This document shows positions 50,364-59,819 of a stretch of 64,000 nucleotides of DNA, one piece after another. Each line of letters starts with the position of its first letter. The stretch's first letter is position 1. Below the pieces are notes generated by a model, which was not told the DNA's origin, did no database searches, and saw only the letters and a list, made by a program, of their open reading frames with translations. The stretch comes from Candidatus Hydrogenedentota bacterium (GTDB lineage: Bacteria; Hydrogenedentota; Hydrogenedentia; Hydrogenedentales; SLHB01), in assembly GCA_963674865.2 (NCBI GenBank), contig CAXXYE010000009.1, positions 448,001 through 512,000 on the forward strand, in the 5' to 3' direction. The translations under genes were made by a program, and so were the position numbers.

Positions 50364-51125
50364 TCAATCTGCGGGCCATTTCAAGTCTTCGGCGGTCAGG
50401 CCGATGGCATCGCAGACGGCCTTCGAGTTCATGACTTCCCCGTTGTTGGGAAAGTTGAGCGTGTCCAGTGTGTGCGAGTCGGTGCCTAAGGTAAACTTCG
50501 TGCCTTGTCGGCGGGCCTCCTGAACGAGATCGCGAAACCACTCGATATTGCCCCGGCAGTAGTTCGGATTGACCTCGAAGGCCATGTCCGCCTCCGCAGC
50601 CTCCCGCAAGACCTCGCTGAGGCGTGTCTCGTCGTAATGCGCGAGCACCGACGTCCGCAGTTCCGCCGATGACTTCAGGAGAATGAAGGGATGTGAGATG
50701 CTGTCTGCGTAACCTAGTGCCGCCGCCCCCGATACCATATCCAGATAGTGCGGGGCGTACGATGCCGCATCCTCTTTTGTGGGATTCTCGACACAGTCAA
50801 GGTGGTAGTGGTTGCAGGCAACAATGACGAAGTCAAGCTCCGCCGCAAGTTCATCGCCGAGTGAACACGCCTCCGGACTGTTCATCGATGCCTCGGTGCC
50901 TACCATTATCCGGCACTGGGGATGGAGTTCCGCCAAGTCTTCGCGGTTGCGTTGGATCACGCCCCTGAACCATCTTCGCTCGTTCGGCGCGTTAATGTGG
51001 TCCGCCAGCCCTGCCAACTTCATTTGTCCCTTATCCAACACGTCCACGATGGCGCTGACGGTGTTCTCCGGTTTGGCGCAAAGCGAACGGTACGTGTGAA
51101 TATGCCAATCCTGCTTCATTTGCAT
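50364..51125 (-). CDS. PHP-domain metallophosphoesterase
   Basis: DWHIHT, ADH, GTE, SHP, FEVN, GTDSH. Confidence 0.82.
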   Translation of the reverse strand: MQMKQDWHIHTYRSLCAKPENTVSAIVDVLDKGQMKLAGLADHINAPNERRWFRGVIQRNREDLAELHPQCRIMVGTEASMNSPEACSLGDELAAELDFVIVACNHYHLDCVENPTKEDAASYAPHYLDMVSGAAALGYADSISHPFILLKSSAELRTSVLAHYDETRLSEVLREAAEADMAFEVNPNYCRGNIEWFRDLVQEARRQGTKFTLGTDSHTLDTLNFPNNGEVMNSKAVCDAIGLTAEDLKWPAD

Positions 51126-51385
51126 ACTGCTTCCCTTACTGAGTCGATGTTCTTCGAGCCGCCCGGTGTGGTTTGCGGCGCGAGTGCCTTACCTTATGAT
51201 TCGATTAACGATTGGCGCGTATCATAGCATTCCTGGCGCAACCGAATGCGAGTTGCGCGGCGATTGGCTGGCGTGTCTTGTCTTTCCGGCGTCGGAAGGG
51301 CTAGAGTCTCGGCGCGTATCGTGCCTCGAGTGTGAGCGTGTCCCGGAGAGGAACACGCGTGGGGCGGGGAAGGGAGGTCGTAAGG

Positions 51386-52705
51386 ATGAGTGATTTCGTG
51401 CGTCGCGTGGATGCCCGTGAAACCCGGGTCGGGATCATCGGCATGGGATATGTTGGCCTGCCGCTGGCCTTTGCCTTTGTGGACAAAGGGTTTCCCGTTA
51501 CCGGTCTTGACGTCGATCCGGCGAAGGTCGACATGCTTCGCCAGGGCAAGTCCTACATCAAGCACATTCCTACTGAAGACATCGCCGCCCTCGGTGAATC
51601 CGGCCTATTCCAGGCCACAACGGATATCAGCCGGGTCGCGGACGTGGAGGCGGTTCTGCTCTGCGTACCCACGCCCCTGACGGTGCAACGCGAGCCGGAT
51701 ATGTCCTATGTCGTATCCACAACGGAGTCGGTGGCGCCCCATCTGCGGAAGGATCACCTTGTTATCCTTGAGAGCACGACGTTTCCCGGCACCACCAGCG
51801 AGGTTATGGTGCCTATTTTGGAGCAAAGCGGCCTGAAGCATGGCGAGGACTTCTATGTGGCTTACTCACCGGAGCGGGAGGACCCGGGCAATCCCGATTT
51901 CACCATGGCGCGCATCCCGAAAGTGGTGGGCGCCGGTACGGAGGAAGGCCGCGCCCGCGCCATGTATCTCTACCAGCAGATCGTGCCTCAGGTGGTGCCT
52001 GTTTCGTCGGCGGAGACGGCGGAGGCCGTGAAACTAACGGAGAATATCTTCCGGTGCGTTAACATCGCGCTCGTCAATGAGTTGAAGGTCGTCTACTCCA
52101 GGATGGGGATAGACGTTTGGGAAGTCATCGAGGCAGCCAAGACCAAACCTTTCGGATTCATGCCCTTCTATCCGGGCCCGGGCCTAGGGGGACATTGCGT
52201 GCCCATCGACCCCTTCTACCTCACGTGGAAGGCGCGGGAGTTCGGCTGCGCCACGCGATTCATCGAGCTGGCGGGCGAGATCAACGTGAGCATGCCGGAG
52301 TACGTCATACATGCCACGATGGAGGCCCTGAATGAGCAAGGCAAGGCGCTGCGAGGCTCGAAGGTCTTGATCATCGGGCTTTCCTATAAGAAGGATGTGG
52401 ACGACCTGCGCGAGAGTCCATCGCTGGTGCTTATCGAGTTGCTGGCCGCCAAAGGCGCGGAGGTCGACTTCCACGATCCCTTCGTGGACATCATCAAGGT
52501 AACTCGGAAACACCCGGCGCTTGCGGGGCGCTCCAGCATTGAGCTAAGTCCCGAGACGCTCGGGGCATACGACGTCGTGCTCATTGCGACTGATCACAGC
52601 TGCATTGACTACGAACAGGTTGTGGCAGGGGCGCAACTTGTTGTAGACACCCGCAACGCCACCAAGAATGTTGTGAAGGGCCGTGAGAAGATCGTGAAGG
52701 CCTAG
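51386..52705 (+). CDS. Nucleotide-sugar dehydrogenase (UDP-GlcNAc/ManNAc 6-dehydrogenase, WbpA/WecC family)
   Basis: GMGYVGLP, CVPTP, ESTTFPG, SPEREDPG, GLGGHCVPIDP, DLRESP. Confidence 0.92.
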   Translation: MSDFVRRVDARETRVGIIGMGYVGLPLAFAFVDKGFPVTGLDVDPAKVDMLRQGKSYIKHIPTEDIAALGESGLFQATTDISRVADVEAVLLCVPTPLTVQREPDMSYVVSTTESVAPHLRKDHLVILESTTFPGTTSEVMVPILEQSGLKHGEDFYVAYSPEREDPGNPDFTMARIPKVVGAGTEEGRARAMYLYQQIVPQVVPVSSAETAEAVKLTENIFRCVNIALVNELKVVYSRMGIDVWEVIEAAKTKPFGFMPFYPGPGLGGHCVPIDPFYLTWKAREFGCATRFIELAGEINVSMPEYVIHATMEALNEQGKALRGSKVLIIGLSYKKDVDDLRESPSLVLIELLAAKGAEVDFHDPFVDIIKVTRKHPALAGRSSIELSPETLGAYDVVLIATDHSCIDYEQVVAGAQLVVDTRNATKNVVKGREKIVKA

Positions 52706-52760
52706 TCTCGACTCATCCGTAGCTCTGGGAGGAATCTGCCTTTGGTGCAAGTGTAGTGCC

Positions 52761-52788
52761 TAAAGCTTGGAGGGAAGTGCGCCGATAA
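52761..52788 (+). promoter_or_regulatory. Sigma-28 (FliA/SigD)-type promoter
   Basis: TAAA(G)-N16-GCCGATAA, about 65 nt upstream of the ATG at 52853. Confidence 0.7.
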
Positions 52789-52852
52789 GATTAGTGCACG
52801 TTTCGCGACGGCAACAGCAATTCTAGGGGTGTGGACCCCCGGAGAACGCACA

Positions 52853-54157
52853 ATGGGCACGCCTTTCTTTCCCACGGACACTATGTCGTTTCCTCCCTTA
52901 CTCCCGTCTATTCAATCCGGCACCGCGGGAAAAGGCCCTGTTCATAAGGCCGATTCACCCCAACAGCGGGTGGCGAGCTCTGTGGGCGATGGGCCTCTAG
53001 AGGCGGCCGATGAGCTAAACGCACTTGTGTACCATGCCGAGATGCGGCAGGTGGCCCTGGCGGCGGAATTCCAGAAAGTCGCCTGGCAATCCAGTGGCGA
53101 TGAGGCCGCGGAGGCCGGCGTTTCGGGGGAGTTCCAGCAACTCACGTTCGATTTCTTCGCGGAGAGCCGGGTCGAGGAAGTGGTATTCTTTCAGGAGCGC
53201 GTGGACGCCGCGGCCGCCGGGCTTGAGGGCGAGCAGCAGGAGACGTTTGTTGAGGCGAGCCGGCGTGTGAGTGCCCGGTTCTCTATGTCGATGGAAGTGT
53301 CCGGGGTGGTCTTGAACGGGTTTGCGGGCGCCGCCGAGGGTTTGCAGGGGGACGAAGGCCAGGATATGGACGTGTTCCTGGGCTTCGTGGACGATATGCT
53401 GGAGAAGGCGGATGATATCCTGAACCGGATATTTGAGTTGCTGGACGGCTTCTTCGAGGCCGGCGGGGATATTCAGGACAGGTTCACGGCTTTCCTAAAC
53501 GACCTGATGGAGCTCGAACTCCCCGCGCTGTCGGCGTCATCCGATGCCGCTACGACGCAGGGAAGCAGCCAGGCGCAGTCCTTCCAGCTCCAGGTGCAAT
53601 TGGAGTTCAGCTTCTCGTTCAGCGCGGAGATCCGAGTGGAGCAGACGGCGGTGCAGCAGTCGGATCCGATAGTCCTTGACCTCGACGGCGACGGGATCGA
53701 ACTCACGAGCTACACGCGCGGGGCGCGGTTCGACATTCAGGGGACGGGGCAGGCCGTGACCACCGCCTTTGTCAACGGCGGCGACGCGTTTCTGGCCCTC
53801 GATCGTAATGGCAACGGCCTGATCGATAGCGGCGGAGAGTTGTTTGGTGATCAGCACGGGGCCGCAAACGGATACGAGGAGCTGCGAAAGCTCGATGCCA
53901 ATCAGGATGGCGTTATCAACGATTTGGATCCGGATTTCGGCCGGTTACTGTTGTTTCGCGATGACGGCGACGGCCAAACCGAGGATGGGGAGTTGCTCAC
54001 GCTCGCGGAGGCGGGGATTGCCGAACTCGGCCTAAGGTATTCCCAAGTGGACGTGCGGGCCGCCGGGGGCAATCGTATGGCGCAATTGGCCTCATTCCGC
54101 CGTACGGACGGCACGCTCGGCCGGGCCGGTGACGCGATACTGAACTTTGTGGCGTAG
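52853..54157 (+). CDS. Acidic protein with C-terminal DxDxDG Ca-binding repeat domain
   Basis: SDPIVLDLDGDG, LALDRNGNGLIDSGGELFG, LDANQDG.I, DDGDG. No signal peptide seen. Confidence 0.7.
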   Translation: MGTPFFPTDTMSFPPLLPSIQSGTAGKGPVHKADSPQQRVASSVGDGPLEAADELNALVYHAEMRQVALAAEFQKVAWQSSGDEAAEAGVSGEFQQLTFDFFAESRVEEVVFFQERVDAAAAGLEGEQQETFVEASRRVSARFSMSMEVSGVVLNGFAGAAEGLQGDEGQDMDVFLGFVDDMLEKADDILNRIFELLDGFFEAGGDIQDRFTAFLNDLMELELPALSASSDAATTQGSSQAQSFQLQVQLEFSFSFSAEIRVEQTAVQQSDPIVLDLDGDGIELTSYTRGARFDIQGTGQAVTTAFVNGGDAFLALDRNGNGLIDSGGELFGDQHGAANGYEELRKLDANQDGVINDLDPDFGRLLLFRDDGDGQTEDGELLTLAEAGIAELGLRYSQVDVRAAGGNRMAQLASFRRTDGTLGRAGDAILNFVA

Positions 54158-54165
54158 CGACACTG

Positions 54166-55305
54166 TCAGGGCGCGTATATCCACTCGACGGGGAAGGTGA
54201 CGACGCGGCTCCGATTGAGGCCGCCGATGGTTTTGTTTCCCGCGCAATACGCCAACAGGACGCGGTCGTCTGCGAAGTCGATGGCGGTGTAGCAGAACCA
54301 CCCCTCCGGATCTTCTTCGATGTTCTTCACGTGCCGCCAGGTTTGCCCTTCGTCTTGAGATACGGCGATGGTGAGGGGCGTGCGCTTGCCCTTCAAGTCT
54401 TCCGCGATGTTCTTGTGATCATTCCATACGAGCAAAAGATCGCCGGTTTGGGGGATGCGGGCGATACTGGCGGGGGACAATGTCGAAAGGAGGTCCGTAG
54501 GCTCCGCGGGGGTCCATGTCACGCCGCCGTCGTCCGACCACGAGCGATACTGGCAGCCGAGGTCCGTCCGGCAGAGCATCATCAGGCGGCCGTCTTTGAG
54601 CTCGATGACGCCGGGCTCTTGGAGTCCTGAGCCGCTGTCCGGAGGCGCTTCGAGGACGCTCTCGCTCGCGTGCCAAGTTTTGCCCGCATCGTCTGAAAGA
54701 AAGCACAGCGCCGCGCTGCGGCCGCTGAACTCGGCGCCGTCTTCGCAGTGCCGGGCCGCGGGAATGACAAGCCGGCCGCCGGCGAGCTGTACGACGCGGC
54801 TATTGTTCACCACGAAATAGCCTATCGGCTCGATGCACAGGGTCGGCTCGCTCCAGGTTCGGGCCTCATCCGTCGAGAGGCGCATGTAGCAGCGGCAGTC
54901 GGCGAGGGAGTTCTTTCGTAGATAGAAGAGGGCGATCTCTCCTGTTTGTAGCCGCAGGAGGGAAACGGACATGATGTTCATGCCGCCCTCGTTGGGCAGT
55001 ACCAAGGCGTCCTGCTCGTCCCACGTCAGCCCGTTGTCCAGCGAGAATCTGCCGGCGAGGTGGGCGGTGCCGTGATCGCTGGCGCTTCCTGTAAAATGGG
55101 TGTAGACGAACATGAGGCGGCCATCCTCTAGCCGGATGAAGTCGCCTTCCGAATTCCGTGGATTTCCCTCGCTCGGGGACAACACCAGAACCTGCTTTAC
55201 GCCTTCCATTTCATTCCTTCCTTCATTGCCGGATTCGGCCCACACCGTGGCTGGAGCACACACCAACACACACGCGCACACTGTGACGCGCAGAGTGCTC
55301 TGCAC
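54166..55305 (-). CDS. Secreted BNR/Asp-box sialidase-family (GH33-like) protein
   Basis: PRNSEG and five Asp-boxes (SLDNGLTW, STDEARTW, SDDAGKTW, SDDGGVTW, SQDEGQTW). The GTG start overlaps the cstA stop. Confidence 0.85.
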   Translation of the reverse strand: MQSTLRVTVCACVLVCAPATVWAESGNEGRNEMEGVKQVLVLSPSEGNPRNSEGDFIRLEDGRLMFVYTHFTGSASDHGTAHLAGRFSLDNGLTWDEQDALVLPNEGGMNIMSVSLLRLQTGEIALFYLRKNSLADCRCYMRLSTDEARTWSEPTLCIEPIGYFVVNNSRVVQLAGGRLVIPAARHCEDGAEFSGRSAALCFLSDDAGKTWHASESVLEAPPDSGSGLQEPGVIELKDGRLMMLCRTDLGCQYRSWSDDGGVTWTPAEPTDLLSTLSPASIARIPQTGDLLLVWNDHKNIAEDLKGKRTPLTIAVSQDEGQTWRHVKNIEEDPEGWFCYTAIDFADDRVLLAYCAGNKTIGGLNRSRVVTFPVEWIYAP

Positions 55306-57131
55306 TACTCGGCGCCCTGTTGTTCCGCCGCAGTCGACGCGGGCGCCCTGGTTTTGGCCAATGGGGGCAGGGGTTTGGGCAACACGCCGCGGGCGCCCCG
55401 CCAAAGCATGGCCGCCTCGACAAACATCCAAACTTGAAGTGCCTCGATGGCGATGCCGAAGCCGACGAGCAGCCACTTGCCCGCCGCGTACCAGTCGTGG
55501 ATCTTGGTGATCATGGCCCAAGCCGGCATGATGAGCATGATGGCCACGGGCGCCGCGAGGAACCAAACCGGCTTCGAGTGTCGAACCAGGTAGAACGCGA
55601 CCACCAGAAAGGCTAGGCCGGCGAGAAGTTGATTCGTCGCGCCGAATAGCGGCCACAGGATCAGCCCGCCCGAGCCGGGGCCGTTGGGGCCGGGCAGCAG
55701 CGCCAACGCGCCGCCCGCGGCCACGGCGATGAACGTCGCTAAGTACTTGTTGCCAAGGAGAGGAATTCTCGTTACGGCGCTCAGTTCCTGGATGACGTAG
55801 CGCTGGAGCCTAGTGGCCGTGTCGAGCGTGGTTGCCGCGAAGCATGAAACCATGACGGCGATGATACCAACCGCAAGCGGGCGAGGCAGGCCGAGGGCGG
55901 CGATCATGTTTCCTCCGCCCTCGACGAAGGCCCCAACTTTGCGGCCGAGCGACATGCCCGCCCATTCCCCGCCATAGTAGCTCTGCCATGCCGACGCGCC
56001 CGTCACTGTCGCCTCACCGGTTGTCACGCCCATGCCGAGTCCGGCGCAGCAGGCCGCGATGACGAAGACGGCGAGCAAGGCTTCGACGAGCATGCTGCCG
56101 TAGCCGACATATTGGGCGTCGGACTCGCTGGCGAGCTGTTTGGCCGTCGTGCCGGAGGAAACGAGGCAGTGAAAGCCGGACACGGCGCCGCAGGCCACGG
56201 TGATGAACAGGAAAGGGAAGATGGGCGGCGCGTCCGCCGGGGGAGTCGGATTGATGGCCGGTGCGGCGAGAGTGGGATGCGCCACGACAATGCCGAGGAA
56301 GAGGAGCAGTAGCGCAATGACGAGCAGAATCGAGTTGATATAATCACGCGGCTGCAAGAGGACCCATACGGGCAGGATGCTGGCGATGAAGCAATAGAGG
56401 AGCAGAAAGCCTGTCCAGATCGCGACTTCGGAGTATAGGCCCCCCAGGAATCCGGCGTCGGCCGCCGGGAATCGGGGAATCCCGAAGATCTCGTTGAGGG
56501 AGAAGGGAAAGTGATACACCCCGAGGTAGACCGCCGCGAGCAGGGCGGCGAGGGCGAGCAAGGACGGGATGGCCAGGCCGGCGCCTTTCCGGTGGAGGGC
56601 CAAGCCGAACACCACCGCGACCGGCATGGCAATCCAGACGGGAAGGACGGTGCCCGGGTAGATCGAGAACAGGAGGGCAATGACGAGGCCAAAAATCCCG
56701 ATGACGACGGTGAGCACGAAGAACAAGATGAGGAAGAAGAGGGCGCGGGCGCGCGCTGAGATCATGCGTCCCGCGACGTCGCCGAGCGATTGGCCGCGGG
56801 AACGGAGGGACACCACCAGGGCGCCGAAGTCGTGAACCGCGCCGATGAAGATCGAGCCGAGGAGGACCCATAGCAACGCGGGCAGCCATCCCCAGAATAC
56901 CGCGATGGCGGGGCCGACGATGGGGCCGGTGCCGGCGATGGAGGTGAAGTGATGTCCGAAGATTACCTCGCGCCGCGTCGGGACGTAGTCGATGCCGTCT
57001 TCGAGTTCGTGAGACGGCACCACGGCGTTCGCATTCAGCCCGAAGATGCGCCGGGACAGGAAGCGCCCGTACGTGTGGTAGGCCAAGAGGAATCCGAGGG
57101 CCGACAGAATAACGATGATCAAGGTATCCAT
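55305..57131 (-). CDS. cstA: Carbon starvation protein A family transporter
   Basis: DGIDYVPT, GHHFTSIAGTGPIVGP, LLQPRDY, ACGAVSGFH, TTLDTATR, WPLFGATNQLLA. Confidence 0.93.
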   Translation of the reverse strand: MDTLIIVILSALGFLLAYHTYGRFLSRRIFGLNANAVVPSHELEDGIDYVPTRREVIFGHHFTSIAGTGPIVGPAIAVFWGWLPALLWVLLGSIFIGAVHDFGALVVSLRSRGQSLGDVAGRMISARARALFFLILFFVLTVVIGIFGLVIALLFSIYPGTVLPVWIAMPVAVVFGLALHRKGAGLAIPSLLALAALLAAVYLGVYHFPFSLNEIFGIPRFPAADAGFLGGLYSEVAIWTGFLLLYCFIASILPVWVLLQPRDYINSILLVIALLLLFLGIVVAHPTLAAPAINPTPPADAPPIFPFLFITVACGAVSGFHCLVSSGTTAKQLASESDAQYVGYGSMLVEALLAVFVIAACCAGLGMGVTTGEATVTGASAWQSYYGGEWAGMSLGRKVGAFVEGGGNMIAALGLPRPLAVGIIAVMVSCFAATTLDTATRLQRYVIQELSAVTRIPLLGNKYLATFIAVAAGGALALLPGPNGPGSGGLILWPLFGATNQLLAGLAFLVVAFYLVRHSKPVWFLAAPVAIMLIMPAWAMITKIHDWYAAGKWLLVGFGIAIEALQVWMFVEAAMLWRGARGVLPKPLPPLAKTRAPASTAAEQQGAE

Positions 57132-57316
57132 AACGCACTCTCCCGGAGACTATTGGGCAACGCGCCCAACGCGAGCGGCAAAGATCTTGCCGCCTTGAAC
57201 CTCCGGCTTGGAGTATACCGCAGGGCGCGGCGATGATTGAATCGGAGGCCCCGTTGAGTTCCGAAGGGAGTCGGACTCAGTCAGATGGCTCAGAAGAGGC
57301 GGAGGTCTCCCTGCGG

Positions 57317-58762
57317 TCAGGGCGCGTTTTCGTCGTCAGGTCCTTCAGGTTTCGTGAGAGCCCGTTCGCTGCGGCCGACGACGACGGCGCCCACGCTGTC
57401 TCCGGTGACGTTGACAAGCGTGCGGCACATGTCGAGAAAGCGGTCGACGCCGATGACGATGCCCACGCCTTGAACTGGGATGCCTGCGGACAGAAGTACG
57501 ATGGTCATCAGGCCGACGCTGGCGCCGGGGATGCCCGCGGAGCCGACGGAGACGATGACGGCGGTGAGGAAAACCATGAATTGTTGCTCGATGGTCAGGT
57601 TCATTCCGTAGACTTGGGCGATGAAGAGGCTAGCAACGGCCTGGTAGAGGGCCGTGCCGTCCATGTTGATGGTGGCGCCGAGGGGGAGCATGAAGCTGCA
57701 CACGTGGCGGCTCACGCCGACTCGCCGCGAGGCGCAGTCGAGCGTCACCGGGAGGGTGGCGGAGCTTGACGAGGTGCTGAAGGCGAGTTGAAGGGCCGGG
57801 GCCATGCCACGGAAGAAGCGCACGGGGGATATCCGGCCGAATAGCGATAGTAGGACAACCGTAAGCACAATGAAGTGAATCCCGAGGCCAAGCAGGACGG
57901 TTAGGCAGTACTTGGCGAGAAGGATGATAGAGCCCAGGCCGAGGGTCGCGACGGCCTTGGCCATCAGGGAGAAGACGCCGATCGGCGCTAGGTACATGAT
58001 CCAGAGCACAATGGTGATCAGGGCGCCATCCATGCTCTGGAAGAAGTGGAGTGCGGGAAGGCCCTTTTCGTTGTTGGCGGCGAGGGCGGCCCCCAGCAGG
58101 AGGGCGAAGAAAATGACGGCGAGGATAGCGCCCTTCGCCATGGCGCCCATGGGATTCTGCGCCACTTGGGGAAGGATGCGCTGCTGGATCTTCGCCCCGG
58201 GGGACAGTGACTCACCGGCGTTCTGGCCGCCGGTCGCGGATTGGGCTTGGGCTGCGTCAAGGCTCAGTCGCAGGTTTTCGCGTCCGGCGCCGGGCTGAAT
58301 GATGTTGACGCACGCAAGGCCGATGAGCACGGCGATGCCGGTTGTGGTGAAGTAGTAGGCGAGGGTCTTGGTGCCAAGTGAGCCCAGCCTGCGCACGTCG
58401 CCGATACCGGCCACTCCGCAGACGATCGACACAAATACGAGGGGCACAATGACCATCTTCAGGAGCAGGATGAAGAGCTGCCCGAAGATCCCGATGTAGT
58501 CGGCGACAAGGGCCTCGCGGCCGGTCTTGGCCAAAAGCCAGCCTGCTAGGATGCCGGTGATCATCGCGATGAAGATTTGCATGGGCTGGCCGAGGAAGGA
58601 GGGAAGGAGAAAAAGGAAGATCAGCGCCGCCGCAAAGATGATCGTACTATGCAGTAGGATCGAAGCAGGGGCCGGAAAGCCGGATTCGGGCCAGACGGAG
58701 ATGAGTCCTAAGGCCACAGACAGAAGCGCTGTGCCGATGATGTAGTAGCGACGCCCCTTCAT
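57317..58762 (-). CDS. Dicarboxylate/amino acid:cation symporter (DAACS)
   Basis: AFSTSSSSATLP, LGATINMDG, DRFLDMCRT..NVTGD. Confidence 0.93.
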   Translation of the reverse strand: MKGRRYYIIGTALLSVALGLISVWPESGFPAPASILLHSTIIFAAALIFLFLLPSFLGQPMQIFIAMITGILAGWLLAKTGREALVADYIGIFGQLFILLLKMVIVPLVFVSIVCGVAGIGDVRRLGSLGTKTLAYYFTTTGIAVLIGLACVNIIQPGAGRENLRLSLDAAQAQSATGGQNAGESLSPGAKIQQRILPQVAQNPMGAMAKGAILAVIFFALLLGAALAANNEKGLPALHFFQSMDGALITIVLWIMYLAPIGVFSLMAKAVATLGLGSIILLAKYCLTVLLGLGIHFIVLTVVLLSLFGRISPVRFFRGMAPALQLAFSTSSSSATLPVTLDCASRRVGVSRHVCSFMLPLGATINMDGTALYQAVASLFIAQVYGMNLTIEQQFMVFLTAVIVSVGSAGIPGASVGLMTIVLLSAGIPVQGVGIVIGVDRFLDMCRTLVNVTGDSVGAVVVGRSERALTKPEGPDDENAP

Positions 58763-58863
58763 TCCGTTTTCCAGTGGATGCCCGCGCTTGTCTGGTGACG
58801 GCGGGTTTGGGGGATGGAAGACCTGCCCAGGGTGTTCCTACGGGGGCAAAGCGTCATGAAGTT

Positions 58864-58980
58864 CTATTTCGGATTCAGGAACTTGAAGAGGACAAAAGAA
58901 ACAACGAACGCGCTGCCGGCGACAAACCACCACTTGTTGGCAAAAATCCAGTCAACTATGGCCGCCGTATCAAACGTCAT
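58864..58980 (-). CDS. 38-aa single-TM microprotein (not in ORF track)
   Basis: MTFDTAAIVDWIFANKWWFVAGSAFVVSFVLFKFLNPK*. GAGGTG RBS 5 nt upstream; co-oriented with both neighbours. Confidence 0.65.
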   Translation of the reverse strand: MTFDTAAIVDWIFANKWWFVAGSAFVVSFVLFKFLNPK

Positions 58981-59012
58981 CTTGACACCTCATACCTGAA
59001 GCCACGCGGGCC

Positions 59013-59681
59013 TCACTTATCGAACTTGTCGAGCACCTTCTCCCGCCATTCCGTGCGTCCCTGCTCCGTTGTGTAGGTTCGGTTCCCGACGCGCTGCTCG
59101 TCGGCCAGTTTTTTGCGGCGTTCATTCTCGGCGTAGATGCCCCATATCGAGGCGATAATGGTGGCAATGCCGATGGTCAGGCCAACGAAGCAGCGGGGGC
59201 GGTCGTCAAAATATTCCTCTTTGGTAAGGCCCCACACCGCCCAGAAGACGCCCAGCGCCGATACCAATATCACCAGATAACCGGTCCATGGCAGCGTGCT
59301 CAAGCGGAAGCCCGGCACCAGCAATACCACTAGAATGACCAGCGCGCCTGCGCCTACCGCGTAGAGACTCATCAGCCACGGCGGCGTCGGTTTCCGGGCG
59401 CTAGCGACAAGGGCCTCGGCCTGGACTTCCTCCTCTGCCGGGCGTTCAGACTCGGCCTCGTGCGCTTCCGTGGCGGCCGCGTGTCGTTCGGCGCGTCGAC
59501 TGTCCCGCTCTTCCATACATTGGACGCAAAGAATTCGCCCGCTGCGTGTTTCGTGGACGTGTTCGGGGCATATGAGCTTGCTGCAATGGCTGCACTTGAT
59601 GGCGCATTCTTCGCACAGCAGCTTCCTGCACTCGACGCAAAAGCCCACCGAACTCCGGAGATTGCAGACATCACATTCCAT
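59013..59681 (-). CDS. B-box-like Cys/His-rich zinc-finger membrane protein
   Basis: N-terminal CxxC-CxxC-CxxC-CxxC-CxxH-CxxC array, then three TMs. AAGGGAGG RBS. Confidence 0.7.
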   Translation of the reverse strand: MECDVCNLRSSVGFCVECRKLLCEECAIKCSHCSKLICPEHVHETRSGRILCVQCMEERDSRRAERHAAATEAHEAESERPAEEEVQAEALVASARKPTPPWLMSLYAVGAGALVILVVLLVPGFRLSTLPWTGYLVILVSALGVFWAVWGLTKEEYFDDRPRCFVGLTIGIATIIASIWGIYAENERRKKLADEQRVGNRTYTTEQGRTEWREKVLDKFDK

Positions 59682-59819
59682 GATATCGCCTCCCTTCTCG
59701 ATGAAGCACCCCGTGTAATCTAGCATACCAACAGGTGGTTTGCAATGGCCGGAGGTCCGCCGTGCGTCCGCATTGGCCTGTCCGGAAGGCTCACGGCCCA
59801 CGACGGACAATCCGTTTGG

